Source of the DNA: Squalus acanthias
Lineage: Eukaryota
Assembly (NCBI GenBank): GCA_030390025.1
Contig: CM059431.1
Coordinates: 156,614,001 to 156,678,000, forward strand
Reading direction: 5' to 3'
Length of the DNA stretch: 64,000 nt
Both the position numbers and the translations under genes were made by a program. This document shows, piece after piece, positions 51,086 to 62,979 of this stretch. Under the pieces are notes generated by a model. The model was given only the letters and a program-made list of their open reading frames with translations, searched no databases and was not told the origin of the DNA. The first letter of the stretch is position 1, and every line of letters starts with the position of its first letter.

Positions 51086-52129
51086 TGCGGAGCAGAAGAC
51101 CCGATACACTAAAGCCCACAACGAGGGAGAGGTGTGTAACAGAGCGGATGTTAAGAAGACTGTAGGGATAAGGTGGGTGATGCGTAGATTTAGTTGAGAA
51201 TGAGTAGGACCAATTCACACATGATCAATTTGGGATAAGAATTGATTATAAGTCAGTGACCAAGTGGTTTACGGAACTGAGGGAGAATTTGAATTTAAGC
51301 AATAGAGATGTCGATAAGCTGGAGTTTATGACCGGCTAGGCCCAAAGGTCGTTTGAGGAATCGAGAACAAAACTCACAAAATCATGGATAAAGTATAAGC
51401 AAATATTCATATGGAAAGGCATGATCAGAAAAATAACCTATAATTATTCCTGACGGTGATCTGAGACTCCAGGTTACAATTAATGCCTTGGAATCAGCAG
51501 ATGCTGTTGAATAATTAGACATAGTCGGGACTTTCACATGTTTGCCTGATTAGCTAATACATAACATAAAGAGATTAATAGTACGAAACACTAAATGCAA
51601 CTTTATTCGTGCTTCCATTTTTCCTTCTTTATTTTAAGGAAAACTACATAATGCAACAGCAACTGACAAATGGAAATATTTTGAAGCCAACAGGCAGTCA
51701 CACTAAACTTTACGAATATCAATACACCGAGTACAGGAAACAAAACGCTGGGAATTAATTTTCATTATCAATAGAAATTATCAAACAAAGGCTAATACTT
51801 TACCTTAGACATGAATGTAACTAGTACCGTTCCACAATTAAATGAACCCGAGCACAAAACATCAAAAGGCTGGGACGGGGTTCGTGTTGGAGAATGTCGT
51901 GAGAGGTAGCGCTAATAAATAAAGACAATACCTCATCAGCAACAATAACAGCACCTTTAACGTGGTATAAAATAGCCCAAGGCGCCTCAAGGAAGTTTTA
52001 ATGAGGCATGAATACACACATCCTGGCCGAAGAAAGAGATTGTAAGGGTTCAGCTGACGCTTAATGGATTCAGCGGGTTGAGGAGGCGGAGGTGTTTAGT
52101 GAGGGAATAACAGAGTGCGCGGCATGTAC

Positions 52130-52346
52130 CTCTTTCTCCTTTAAAAAAATTAACTGTCTTCTTCACTATTTGTATTTCCTGCATCATTAATGCCCGGACA
52201 AGAGCCCGCATTGTTTTCCTTACCCAGTGGTGTGTAATCATTTATGCGATCATGTGTCGAAGAATCAGGCCCAAAGTCTATTAATGGTCCCAGCAGCATT
52301 ACGAGTATACTGTATCTTCCGAACATTATTGCAGTATCGTCAATCA
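52130..52346 (-). pseudogene. Disabled paralog of the TM exon
   Basis: Homologous to 35954-36193 (IDDTAIM...NNAG.CPG..DAGNTNSEEDS); hydrophobic segment shortened, TAA at 52150-52152, 217 bp breaks phase. Confidence 0.8.
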
Positions 52347-55300
52347 CTGTAAATTATAGAACAACTGTTGAGCTGTTGTTATTCAAGGATTCATTGACAA
52401 TCTAAACAATCTAAACCAATTATAAAAGCTCCAGACGCATTGACTTCCGTTTATCGTTTGCGTACCGCATTGTTCAGTTTACTTTCTAATATCCTCTGCT
52501 GTTTTCACGGTTTTTCTTTGTCAGGTAATCGGAATCGTATGAATTTCTACACTTTGCCTAAATAACGAGTTTATAAGATGTCAACTAAAGGTTTATCAGA
52601 GAACAATGCGAGCTGTGGCTGGGCTGACTGTGCACTTATTTTTATCTATTGGTTCAAAATTTAGCATTATTCTCACACAACAATAAACAATCGGAAATAT
52701 ATTCCAGCTAATACAAATTCGGATATCGTCATTTATTTCTGCTTTTGTGTTCTGAATCGTTATGATTTTCCAGTTCTAATTGAAATCGAAACAATTCACT
52801 GCTGCAGCTGCTAGCTTCTGCTTCAAGTTTGGTCTGCTCAGAGGCAGAAGCTGCATTTTCCCAAGTTATATTCCCACAAGAGTAGGATGTACTTTTAGAG
52901 ATAAGCGCTTGCTCCTGATTCCTCACCAAATACCCACTCATTATAATTAACTTTTTTATATAACTGCTGGTTGAAATATATGAACTATTGATTAAAAAAC
53001 TGAATTAATCGGAAGCGGCTATGAAATCGGCTATTAAATTGAAGTCTCTTCAGTGACACTTAAAGTCTTTTAAACGTGCAATTAGCAATCACTCGTGGTT
53101 TAATTTTACATTGTAATTTTGTGACTAAATATAGTATTATTTTAAAATCCGTGGCTTTACCATCATTTTTACCAACTGTTCAGACGGCTAAACCTTTTTC
53201 ATTCGATTTCCCTATTAGTTATGAATCAATAGCCTAATTTCAAATATACGCATTGAAACGTTATCACAACAAACAACGCCAGTCCTGTCAATGGTGGAAT
53301 CAAGTTTACCATAAAATAACGGGATTAGACTAATTGAGGGGCAGGGAAATAATGTGACTCCGAATGGCTGGAAGCTGAAGAAGAACTTTAAAATACGTTG
53401 CAGATAAACACTCAAAAATGAAGAATTAATGTTGAAGATATGAATCAGATTTTAATTACTTTACCGTGCCTGGTACTTATTGGAATTTCTCATTTTTAGT
53501 TATTGCCTGAAACAGAATAAATAAAGTAGCCTCCTTTGCAATCAGAGACCACATTAGGCTTCTACCGTTGGCAAAGTTATTCAATCATTCCATTCATGCC
53601 CCAGCACCTTTTTCCTGAGTCAGGTGTTCTACAATAAACCACGCTGCTCATTATTCCGTTTGACTTTTCAGCCCAACTACCAGCGGATAAACGCCATCTT
53701 CATTCATAATTCGCTTTACTTCCTTACTCTACTTCCTGCAGGTTTCTGCCCACTTCTTCTTATTTTCTTTTTGACGTTCCATGCTTCACTTCCTTCTTAT
53801 AATTCACATTGCTGTTGCTTTTCCCTCCTTTCTCCCAATCGGCACCGAAGCCTGCTCTTGAAGTTCCTCACTTAACCGGGATCCTTCTGTTATTTAACTG
53901 AACGTAAATTGTCAACTAATAAAAGTAATCTCTTACATTTATTGACAGGAATGTTGCAGGGGCCGTCTACTACGGTCGCCGAATCAATATCCACCTCCTG
54001 ACAAATTACAACGCAATTAGTTCACCTTAGCACCAAGATCAAGCAGGTGGCTAAAAATGAAAGAAAAACAATTTAACATCTAAATGAATGACCAAGAGGG
54101 TTAGCTAGTTGGATTGTGAACTTATCCAGCCTAAACCTTACCGCAACATGAGACGATATCGACTCGAAATTTCTTCCCACGTTTCCGCTAATCTCTTGCT
54201 CAAACAGGGATTGGATTTGGTCATGTACCCACTTGACTGTGGCATTCTAATAGGGAGCGAAATGTGCCAGCACACACTTGGGGTAATTTTAGCTTTTCCC
54301 GATAGTGTTGGACGGGTGATAGTGGCTCGGAGATAAACCTATCGATAACGCATATCGTCCCATTTTACACCAGCGCCAAAAGCTTAACTTACCCCCAATA
54401 GTTATGGATGGATTCTTCCCGTTATCAGAATTAACATGTGATTTTGAAAACGTGTCCTTAGAGACTTTGCCATGTGTCAATATGTAGCTTAGTAGAATTT
54501 ATAATCTATGGTAATAATGTAGTATTCACGGACAGGCTCTGTTATCCCTCTGATCGGTTTCCAGGTCCGCTAACCTGGTTTTGGTTCTGGGACTGTTGGT
54601 ACAAACATAGTAAACGGCAGAATTGTATTAGTTCATTCATTGCATATATGTGGAGAAATAGCAGGGGAGTGGAAATAATTGTCTAGCTCTTCCTATCCGC
54701 CAGGAACGATTGATCGAATTGGGCCTGCGATATTTAGTTTCTATCCATCGATTTACCATCATTTTTGTAACAAGAGTAGACGGTTCAGACCCTTGATCAT
54801 GTTCGCCTTTCAATCTGATAATTGCTTATCCGTATCTTAACTCCATCAAATCACCTTTTTTCCTTATCCATTAATATGATTCACTTGCAAAAATCTATCG
54901 AACTCATGTTTAAAATTAGGATGCATCCATTTGCAACCCCAAATTTCTGATTGAAATATTGGAGAACAAGACCATGTTTCTGATTGGTCACCTTGGAGGA
55001 CAAGACTCACCCAGCAGTTTGTCTGGAATGTGTAATTATATCCTGCCTGCCTGAGTAATCAACTTCTTTGCAATATGTATTTGATCCATTCATTGTGACA
55101 GTCGGGCTCCAGAGCTCACAGTGCTAACACGACTGCTACCAGAGAACAGACAGAGCTCACCCTCCCTGGTTACGAGCTCTCACAGTGTTCACACAGTCAA
55201 GTTCAGATAGGAAGGGGTGAGGACATGGATGGAATTCAACATGAGGATGAACTTTTTGAAATCAAGTTTTTGGTGGACCATGAGCCAATCAATTTTCCAC

Positions 55301-55779
55301 CATTTTTGTGGGCGCGGCTCCTTTAAGTGCTACGCGACTCATTCAAATTATTGCATGAGCGGCCTCTGTGGCAACTGAAAATTGTGATCCAGGCCGAACA
55401 CAGGGAAAACGAGATCCATCTTCCCATCTGGATCATTTTCTTGCTCTCATCCCCGCCCTTTAGAACAGGATCTCATTAATCCCCCTCCTCACATTTCTCA
55501 CAGTGCACCCGACAACAACCTATTGACCTTCCCCCAGACTGGGATCTGCTGACCCGCTTCCCGAGTTCCTGACCTTTACACCCACAACAGGTTCCTGACA
55601 TTCTCTCTCAAAGGTGTTCCTGAAATTCCACCCCCCACCCCCGGCACCCCGCCGAGTTCCTGAAATTCTCTTCCCGCCTGACCTCCACCCCATAATACCG
55701 ACAGAGCTCCTGACCTTTCCTCCATGAGTTCCTGACTTTCGCCCCAACCCCACCAACATCCGATCTTTGATATTATCCA

Positions 55780-55875
55780 CAGGGAGCCGAGGAAAGCCTG
55801 CCAGTTGAAGCTGCAGGCCGCAGCCGCCGCAACGTCTGGTGCGCATGCGCGACTCCTGTGCGGCGGGACTCTTCA
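55780..55875. promoter_or_regulatory. Small CpG-rich patch with an NRF1-type palindrome GCGCATGCGC; candidate promoter
   Basis: Local CpG enrichment outside recognised repeats; GCGCATGCGC at ~55841-55850 and GCGGGA nearby. Confidence 0.35.
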
Positions 55876-56192
55876 ATTCTGAAAAAAGGCACCGTGCATG
55901 AGTGGAGTCTGTGTGTGTGAAGGCGTCTGTGTGTGGGGTGCATTTGTGTGTCTGTCTATGTTAGTTTGCCAGAAGCATGTTCTTCACTTCAAATACTCGA
56001 ATTGACGTGGTATCTGACATTGAAATTGAATACTTCACACTTAAGTTGAACACGAATATTTCTCGTTCATAGGTTAACTTATTTGTAGGTATGAATCAAT
56101 CTAAAATACATTTGTTCAAGTATAGTAACTTGTTGTGATGCACAAACATCGGCGTGGAATAAAATGTTAACAGTAAACTCATTTCCATTGTA

Positions 56193-59062
56193 GATGGTGG
56201 ATGAATTGAATGTGCAAATGGATGTTAACGGATATGATGTGATTGGGATTACAGAGACGTGGCTCCAGAACAATCAAGGCTGGGAACTGAATATCCAGGT
56301 GTATTCAACATTCAGGAAGGATAGAATAAAAGGAAAATGGGGTGGGGTAGCATTGCTGGTTAAAAAGGAGATTAATGCAATAGCTAGGAAGGACATTAGC
56401 TATGAGGATGTGGAATCAATATTGGTTGAGCTGCAGAACACCAAAGGGCAGAAAACGTTAGTGGGGGTTGTGTACAGACCTCCAAACAGTAGTAGTGAGG
56501 TGGGGGTGGGTATGAAACAGGAAATCTGAGGTGCATGTAAAAAAGACGCAGCAGTTATCATGGGTGACTTTAATATGCATATAGATTGGGCTACTCAAAC
56601 TGGAAGCAATACGGTGGAGGAGGATTTCCTGCAGTGTTTAAGGGATGGTTTCCTAAACCAATATGTTGAGGAACCAACTAGAGGGGAGGCCATCCTGGAC
56701 TGGGAGTTGTGTAATGAGGATGGACTAATCAGCAATCTTGTGGTGCGAGGCCCCTTGGGGAAGAGTGACCATAGTATGGTGGAGTTCTACATTAGGATGG
56801 AGAAGGAATCAGTTAATTCCGAGACCATGGCCCAGAACTTAAATAAGGGCAACTTTGAGGGTATGAGGCGTGAATTGGCGAGGTTAGATTGGCAAGCGAT
56901 ATTTAAGGGGTTATCAGTGGAAGGGCAATGGCAGACATTTAGAGATCGCATGGATGAACTACAGCAATTGTACATCCCTGTCTGGCGTAAAAATAAAAAA
57001 GGGAACGTGGCTCAACCATCGCTAACAAGGGAAATCAGGGATAGTATTAAAAGCAAGGAAGTGGAATACAAATTGGCCAGAAGTAGCAGCAAACCCGGGG
57101 ACTGGGAGAACTTTAATACTCAGCAGAGGAGGACGAAGGGTTTGATTAGGGCAGGGAAAATAAAATATGAAAGGAAGCTTGCGGAGAACATTAAAACGGA
57201 CTGCAAAAGCTTCTATAAATATGTAAAAAGAAAGAGGTTAGTAAAAACAAACGTAGGTCCCCTGCAGTCAGAAACAGGGGAAGTCATAATGTGGAACAAA
57301 GAAATGGCAGATCAATTGAACAAGTACTTTGGTTCGGTGTTTACTGTGGAGGACACAAACAACCTTCCGGAAATAAAAGAGATCAAAGAATCTGGTAAGA
57401 GGGAAGAGCTGAGGGAAATCCTTATCAGTCGGGAAAAGGTGTTGGGGAAATTGATGGGACTGAAGGCTGATAAATCAACAAGGCCTGATGGACTGCATCC
57501 CAGAGTACTGAGGGAAGTGGCCTTGGAAATACTGGATGCATTGACGATCATTTGCCAACATTCCTTTGACTCTGGATCAGTTCCGAAGGAGTGGCGGGTG
57601 GCTAATGTAACCCCTCTTTTTAAAAAAGAAGGGAGGGAGAAAGCAGGGAATTATAGACCGGTCAGCCTGACATCGGTGGTGGGTAAAATGATGGAATCAA
57701 TTATTAAAGATGTCATAACAGACCATTTGGAAAGTGGCGACATGATAGGTCCAAGTCAGCATGGATTTGTGATAGGGAAATCAGGCTTGACAAATCTTCT
57801 GGAATTTTTTGAGGATGTTTCCAATAGGGTGGACGGGGTGGAACCAGTAGATGTGGGGTATTTGGACTTTCAGAAGGCCTTCGACAAGGTCCCACACAAG
57901 AGATTGGTGTGCAAAGTTAAAGCACATGGGATTGGGGGTAATGTGATGACGTGGATTGAGAACTGGTTGGCACACAGGAAACAAAGCGTAGGAGTAAATG
58001 GGTACTTTTCAGAATGGCAGGCAGTGACCAGCGGGGTACCGCAGGGTTCGGTGCTGGGGCCCCAGCTGTTTACATTATATATTAATGATTTGGACGAAGG
58101 GATTAATTGTAATATCTCCAAATTTGCGGATGACACTAAATTGGGAGGCAGTGTGAACAATGAGGAGGATGCTAGGAGGCTACATAATGACTTGGACAGG
58201 TTGCGTGAATACGCAAATGTATGGCAGATGAAGTACAATGTGGATAAATGTGAGGTTATCCACTTTGGTGGTAAAAATAGGGAGGCAGACTATTACCTGA
58301 ATGGTGGCAGATTAGGGAAAGGGGAGGTGCAACGAGACCTGGGCGTCATGGTACATCAGTCACTGAAGGTGGGAAGGCAAGTGCAGCAGGCAGTCAAGAA
58401 AGCAAATGGCATGATGGCCTTCATAGCAAGGGGATTTGAGTACAGGAGTAGGGAGGAGATGCTACAGTTGTACAGGGCCTTGGTGCGGCCACACCTGGAG
58501 TATTGTGTGCAGTTTTGGTCTCCGAACTTGAGGAAGGACATTCTTGCTATTGAGGGAGTGCAACGAAGGTTCACTAGATTGATTCCTGGGATGGCCAGAC
58601 TGACATATCAAGAAAGACTGGATCAACAGAACTTGTATCCTCTGGAGTTCAGAAGAACGAGGGGGATCTTATACAGACGTTTAAAATCATGACTGGTTTA
58701 GACAAATTAGATACGGGCAGAATGTTTCCAATGTTAGGGAAAACTAAAAGCAGGGGTCACAGTCTAAGGATAAAGGAGAAGCCATTTAAGACTGAGATGA
58801 GGAGGAACTTCTTCACCCAGAGAGTGGTGAATCTGTGGAATTCTCTACCACAGAAGGTTGTTGAGGCCAGTTCGCTAAATATATTCAAAAGGGAGTTAGA
58901 TATAACACTCACAACTAGGGGGATCAAGGGGTATGGCGAGAAAGCAGGAATGGGGTACTGAGGTATCATGTTCAGCCATGAACGCATTGAATGGCGGTGC
59001 ATGCTCGAAGGACCGAGTGGTCTACTCCTGCACCTATTTTCTATGTTTCTATGTTTCTATGT
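56193..59062 (+). mobile_element. Young 5'-truncated CR1 ORF2 (APE-RT; 710-aa open segment)
   Basis: ITETWL, VYRPP, GDFN, SDH, DFQKAFD, GVPQG, FADD; stop at 56527-56529 and frameshift near 58670; (TTTCTATG)n tail. Confidence 0.96.
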
Positions 59063-59316
59063 AAGTGCCATGCGTAATATAATGTTTAATTGCTAATATT
59101 TAACAGTAACACCGTTATCTGAAAGTTAAATTTGGAATAAGTACAATTAACCTATTCATAACTGTTATCAAATCTAACCATATTTAAAGTAATTGTTTAA
59201 ATGGTGAGAGATTGGGACATGTTGGTGTTCAGAGGGATCTGGGTGTCCTTGTACACGAATCACTGAAAATTCACATGCAAGTACAGCAAGCAATTAGGAA
59301 TACAAATTGTATGTTG

Positions 59317-61560
59317 GATCTGAAGAAATGATGGTGGGTGGAGAAAGCGCAGGAGATCCAGCAGCTAGTCGACAACCACGACTTGCGTGGATTCTTTAGC
59401 GCAGTCAAGACCATCGAAGGTCCAAGCACCCAATGTCCTACCCCACTGCGGGCCAAGAACAGAGAGGTACTCATTCAGGACAGAGAGGCAGTCAGTGGCC
59501 GCTGGAAGGAGCACTTCGAGGATCTCCTGAACCGAGACTCTGTCTTTGACTCGAGTGTCCTCTACTCCATCCCGCAGCATGCTACCCGCCAGCATCGTAG
59601 CACAACCCCAGCCCGGCATGAAATTCAAAAGGCCATCTGACAACTCAAGAACAACAAGGCCACAGGAGCAGAGGAAATCCATGGCGAGGCACTAAAGCAT
59701 GACGGAGAAGCACAACTGGAGCGAATTCATGAATTCATTACTCTTATCTGGAAGAAGGAGAGCATGCCAGAGGACAGCAGAGATGCCGTAATTGTGACCA
59801 CTTTCAAGAAACCTGACAAGTCCAATTGCGGTAATTACAGAGGAGTTTCCCCGCTGTCTGCCACAGGGAAAGTCATCACAAGAATCTTCCTCAATCACCT
59901 TCTTCCAGTCGCAATGCGGATTCCGCCCAATAAGGGGCACAATGGACATGATTTTCACCGAGCGTCAATTACAAGAGAAATGCAGGGAACAGCACCAACC
60001 GCTGAACATGGCATTCTTTGATCTCACAAAAGCCTTCTACACTATTAACATTGAGGGATTATGGACTGTCCTCCTCAAATTCGGTCAGCACCAGGATATA
60101 GTCCAACAGATTTATTTTCAATTCCGAGCTTTCGGAGCTGTTGTCCATTCGTTGTACCTTTACCTGACGAAGGTGCAACAGTTCCGAAAGCTCGTAATTT
60201 TAAATAAATCTGTTGGACGAGAACCTGGTTGTTGTGCGACTTCTCATTTTTGTCCTCAAATTCGGCTGCGCTCAAAAGTTTGTCACCATCCTCCACCAGC
60301 TTCACGACGACATGCAAGCCGTGATCCTGACCAACGGTTCCACCACAGACACAAAGCACGTACGGACCGGGGAAAAGCAAGGCAGTGTCATCACACCAAC
60401 GCTCTTCTCGATCTTTCTTGCAGCAATGCTCCATCTCACCCTCAATAAGCTCCCCGCTGGAGTGGAGGTAATTTACACAACAAACGGATAGCGGTTGAAA
60501 CTCCGTCGCCTCCAGTCCAGATCCAAGGTCGTCCCATCCTCTGTGTTCGAATTACAATATGCAGACGAAGCTTGCATCTGCGCTCACTCAGGGGTCGAAC
60601 TCCAAACCATCGTCAACACCTTCAACAAAGCGTACGTGAGCATGAACCTTACACTAAACATCTGTAAGACAAAGGTCCTCTTCCAACCTGCCTCCGCCAC
60701 ACAGTAATGCCCCCCCGCGTATCAAAATTCACGATAAGGCATTCGACAACGTGGACCATCTTCCATACCTCGGGAGCCTACTGTCAACAATGGCAGACGT
60801 CGATGACGAAGTCCAACACCCCCTTCAGTGTGCCAGTGCAGCCTTCGGTCGCCAAAGGATGAGAGTGTTTGAAACCAGGACCTCAAACCCGGCAGTAAGC
60901 TCATGCTCTACAGAGCAGCAGTGATACGCGCCCTGCTGTGTGCCTCAGAATCATGAACCATAAACAGCAAGCCCCTCAAAGGAGTGGAGAGGTACCACCA
61001 ACGTTGCTTCCGCAAGATCCTGCAAATCCATTGGAAGGATAGGCGCAACAACGTCATTGTTCTCGCTCAGGCCAACATACCCAACATCGAAGCTTTGACC
61101 ATGCTCAATCAGCTCCGATGAACGAGTCACATCGTCTGCATGCCCGATGCGATAATCGCAAAATAAGCGCTGTTCTCGGAGCTCCGACACGGCAAGAGAG
61201 CACCAGGTGGGCAGAGGAAACGCTTCAAGGACACCCTCAAACCCTTCTTAAAAAGTGCACAACCCCACTGACCCCTGGAATTCCCTGGCCCAAGACTGCA
61301 CAAAGTGGAGGTGAAGCATCCGGGATGGCGCCGAACACCTCGAATCTCGTCGGCAGGAGCAAACGGAAGCCAAGCATAAGCAGCGCAAGGAGCGCACATA
61401 AACCCAAGCACCCCAGCCTCCCGCACCTTCAACCACCTTCGGCTCCGCCTGTGACAGAAACTGTAGGTCCCACATTGGACTGATCAGCCACCTGAGAACT
61501 CACTTTTAAAGTGGGAGTAATTCACCCTCGGGTCCGAAGGACTGCCTGAGAAGAAGCAGA
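59317..61560 (+). mobile_element. RTE-clade LINE, 5'-truncated, degenerate
   Basis: RWKEHFEDLLN, CGNYRG, QLQEKCREQHQPL.MAF.DLTKAF, QGSVITPTLF, QYADE; AAG-repeat tail; degenerate target duplication GGAATACAAAT.G.ATG (59297, 61561). Confidence 0.9.
60085..60252. mobile_element. Short palindromic Penelope terminal insertion with a hammerhead motif (~60160-60197)
   Basis: Imperfect inverted arms; CTGACGA..GAAAGCTC; 13-bp TSD TCCTCAAATTCGG (60072-60084, 60253-60265). Confidence 0.82.
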
Positions 61561-62101
61561 GGAATACAAATGGGATGATCGCCTTTATTAAAATAGGATT
61601 TGGGTATAAGAGTAAAGACGTCTTATTGCAATTATATAGGGCCCTGGTGAGACCACCACTGGAGTAGCGCAAACAGTTTTGTTATCCTTACCAAAGGAAG
61701 GATATACTTGCCATGAGGGAGTGCAACGAAGGTTCACCAGACTGATTCCTGGGATGGGGGATAGTCCTCTGAGAGAGATTGAGTAGACCAAGCCTATATT
61801 CTCCAGAGTTTATCAGAATGAGAGGTGATCTCATTGAAACATACAAAATTGTTTATGGGCTTGACAGGGTAGATGCAGGGAGGATCTTTCCCCTGGCTGA
61901 GGAGTCTAGAGCCAGGGGTGACAGTCTCAGAATAAGGGTTCGGCCATTTAGGACTGAGATGAGGAGAAATTTCTTCACTCAGAAGGTGATGAAACTTTGG
62001 AATTCTCGACCCCGGTGTGCTTTGTTGGCTCAGTCATTGAGTATATTCAAGACAGAGATCGATAGATTTTTGGATATTAAGGGAATCATGTGTAACTGGG
62101 A

Positions 62102-62436
62102 TAGGGCAACACGGTGGCATAGTAGGGCAACACGGTGGCATAGTGGTGAGCACTGTTGCCTCACAGCACCAGGAACCCGGGTTCGAATCCGACCTCGGGT
62201 GACTCTCTGTGTGGAGTTGGCACATTCTCCCCTTGTCTGCGTGGGTTTCCTCCGGGTGCTCCGGTTTCCACCCACAGTCCAAAGATGTGTGGGTTAGGTT
62301 GATTTGGCTATGCTGAATTGACCCTTATTGTTACGGGGGATTAAATACGTGGGGTTACGGGGATAGGGTGAAATATGTGTCGGTGCATGCTCGATGGGCC
62401 GAAATGGCCTCTATCTGCACTGTTGTGATTCTGTGA
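62102..62436 (+). mobile_element. tRNA-derived V-SINE (HE1-like) with a CR1-type tail
   Basis: A box TGGCATAGTGG, B box GGTTCGAATCC, V-domain GGGTTTCCTCCGGGTGCTCCGGTTTCC, CR1-like 3' end. Confidence 0.85.
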
Positions 62437-62979
62437 GTGCAAGAAATTGGAGATGAGGTAGAAGACCAGCAATGATCCTATTGAATGGCGGATTGGTCTC
62501 AAGGTCCAAATGGCCCACTCCTGCTCCGATTACTTATGTTCTTATTTTCTTATGTATTTAGTACATATCAACTCTGCTTGATCTTAGATATAATTGAATG
62601 TATTTATAGCACTATCAAATGGCCAAACTGTAGGAAAATGTGTAGTGAGTAATATGTTAATCTATAGAGGTTCATTGTTCAGTGGAACAACTCACAAATT
62701 ATTTTCTAATCAAATAATCCACTTATTTAAACATCACAAGCTGTTCCGCTACATTTTTGACATTTTTTTCGTTGTGTGTGATATCATTATTCTCAAGCTC
62801 ACTAAAAAAACAGTCCGTTACAATACCAACACCAGACAAGTCCTATATTTAAATAAATAACGCAAGTTAACATTTCCAGCTCAGACTTAGGCTCCAGGAG
62901 CATCCCGTAGGCTCAGGCTTCAGCAGAGGGAGTCAAAAACACAGTGAAAATAAGCACCATTGAAGTTATTACTTGAAAT

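Larger units (their letters stand above)
44490..54970. repeat. Degenerate tandem segmental duplicate(s) of the NLR 5' region (~17-43.2 kb without its younger insertions)
   Basis: Colinear matches, e.g. 44900~23285, 47230~29955, 47500~30220, 48100~30870, 51100~34875, 52130~35954, 53500~37350, 53870~42160, 54960~43220. Confidence 0.9.
59195..62550 (+). mobile_element. CR1 3' portion hosting nested RTE, Penelope and SINE insertions
   Basis: QRDLGVLVH remnant before 59317, resuming at 61561 (YRALVRP, RGDLIETYKI); TTCTTATG tail at ~62535-62555. Confidence 0.85.

Noticed and set aside
55011..55160. Two consecutive minus-strand exons defined by donors at ~55159 and ~55010
   Set aside because: The implied intron would be only ~24 nt; at most alternative donors
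56560..58692. 710-aa ORF as a host gene or active LINE
   Set aside because: CR1 ORF2 with an upstream stop, a downstream frameshift and no ORF1 or promoter
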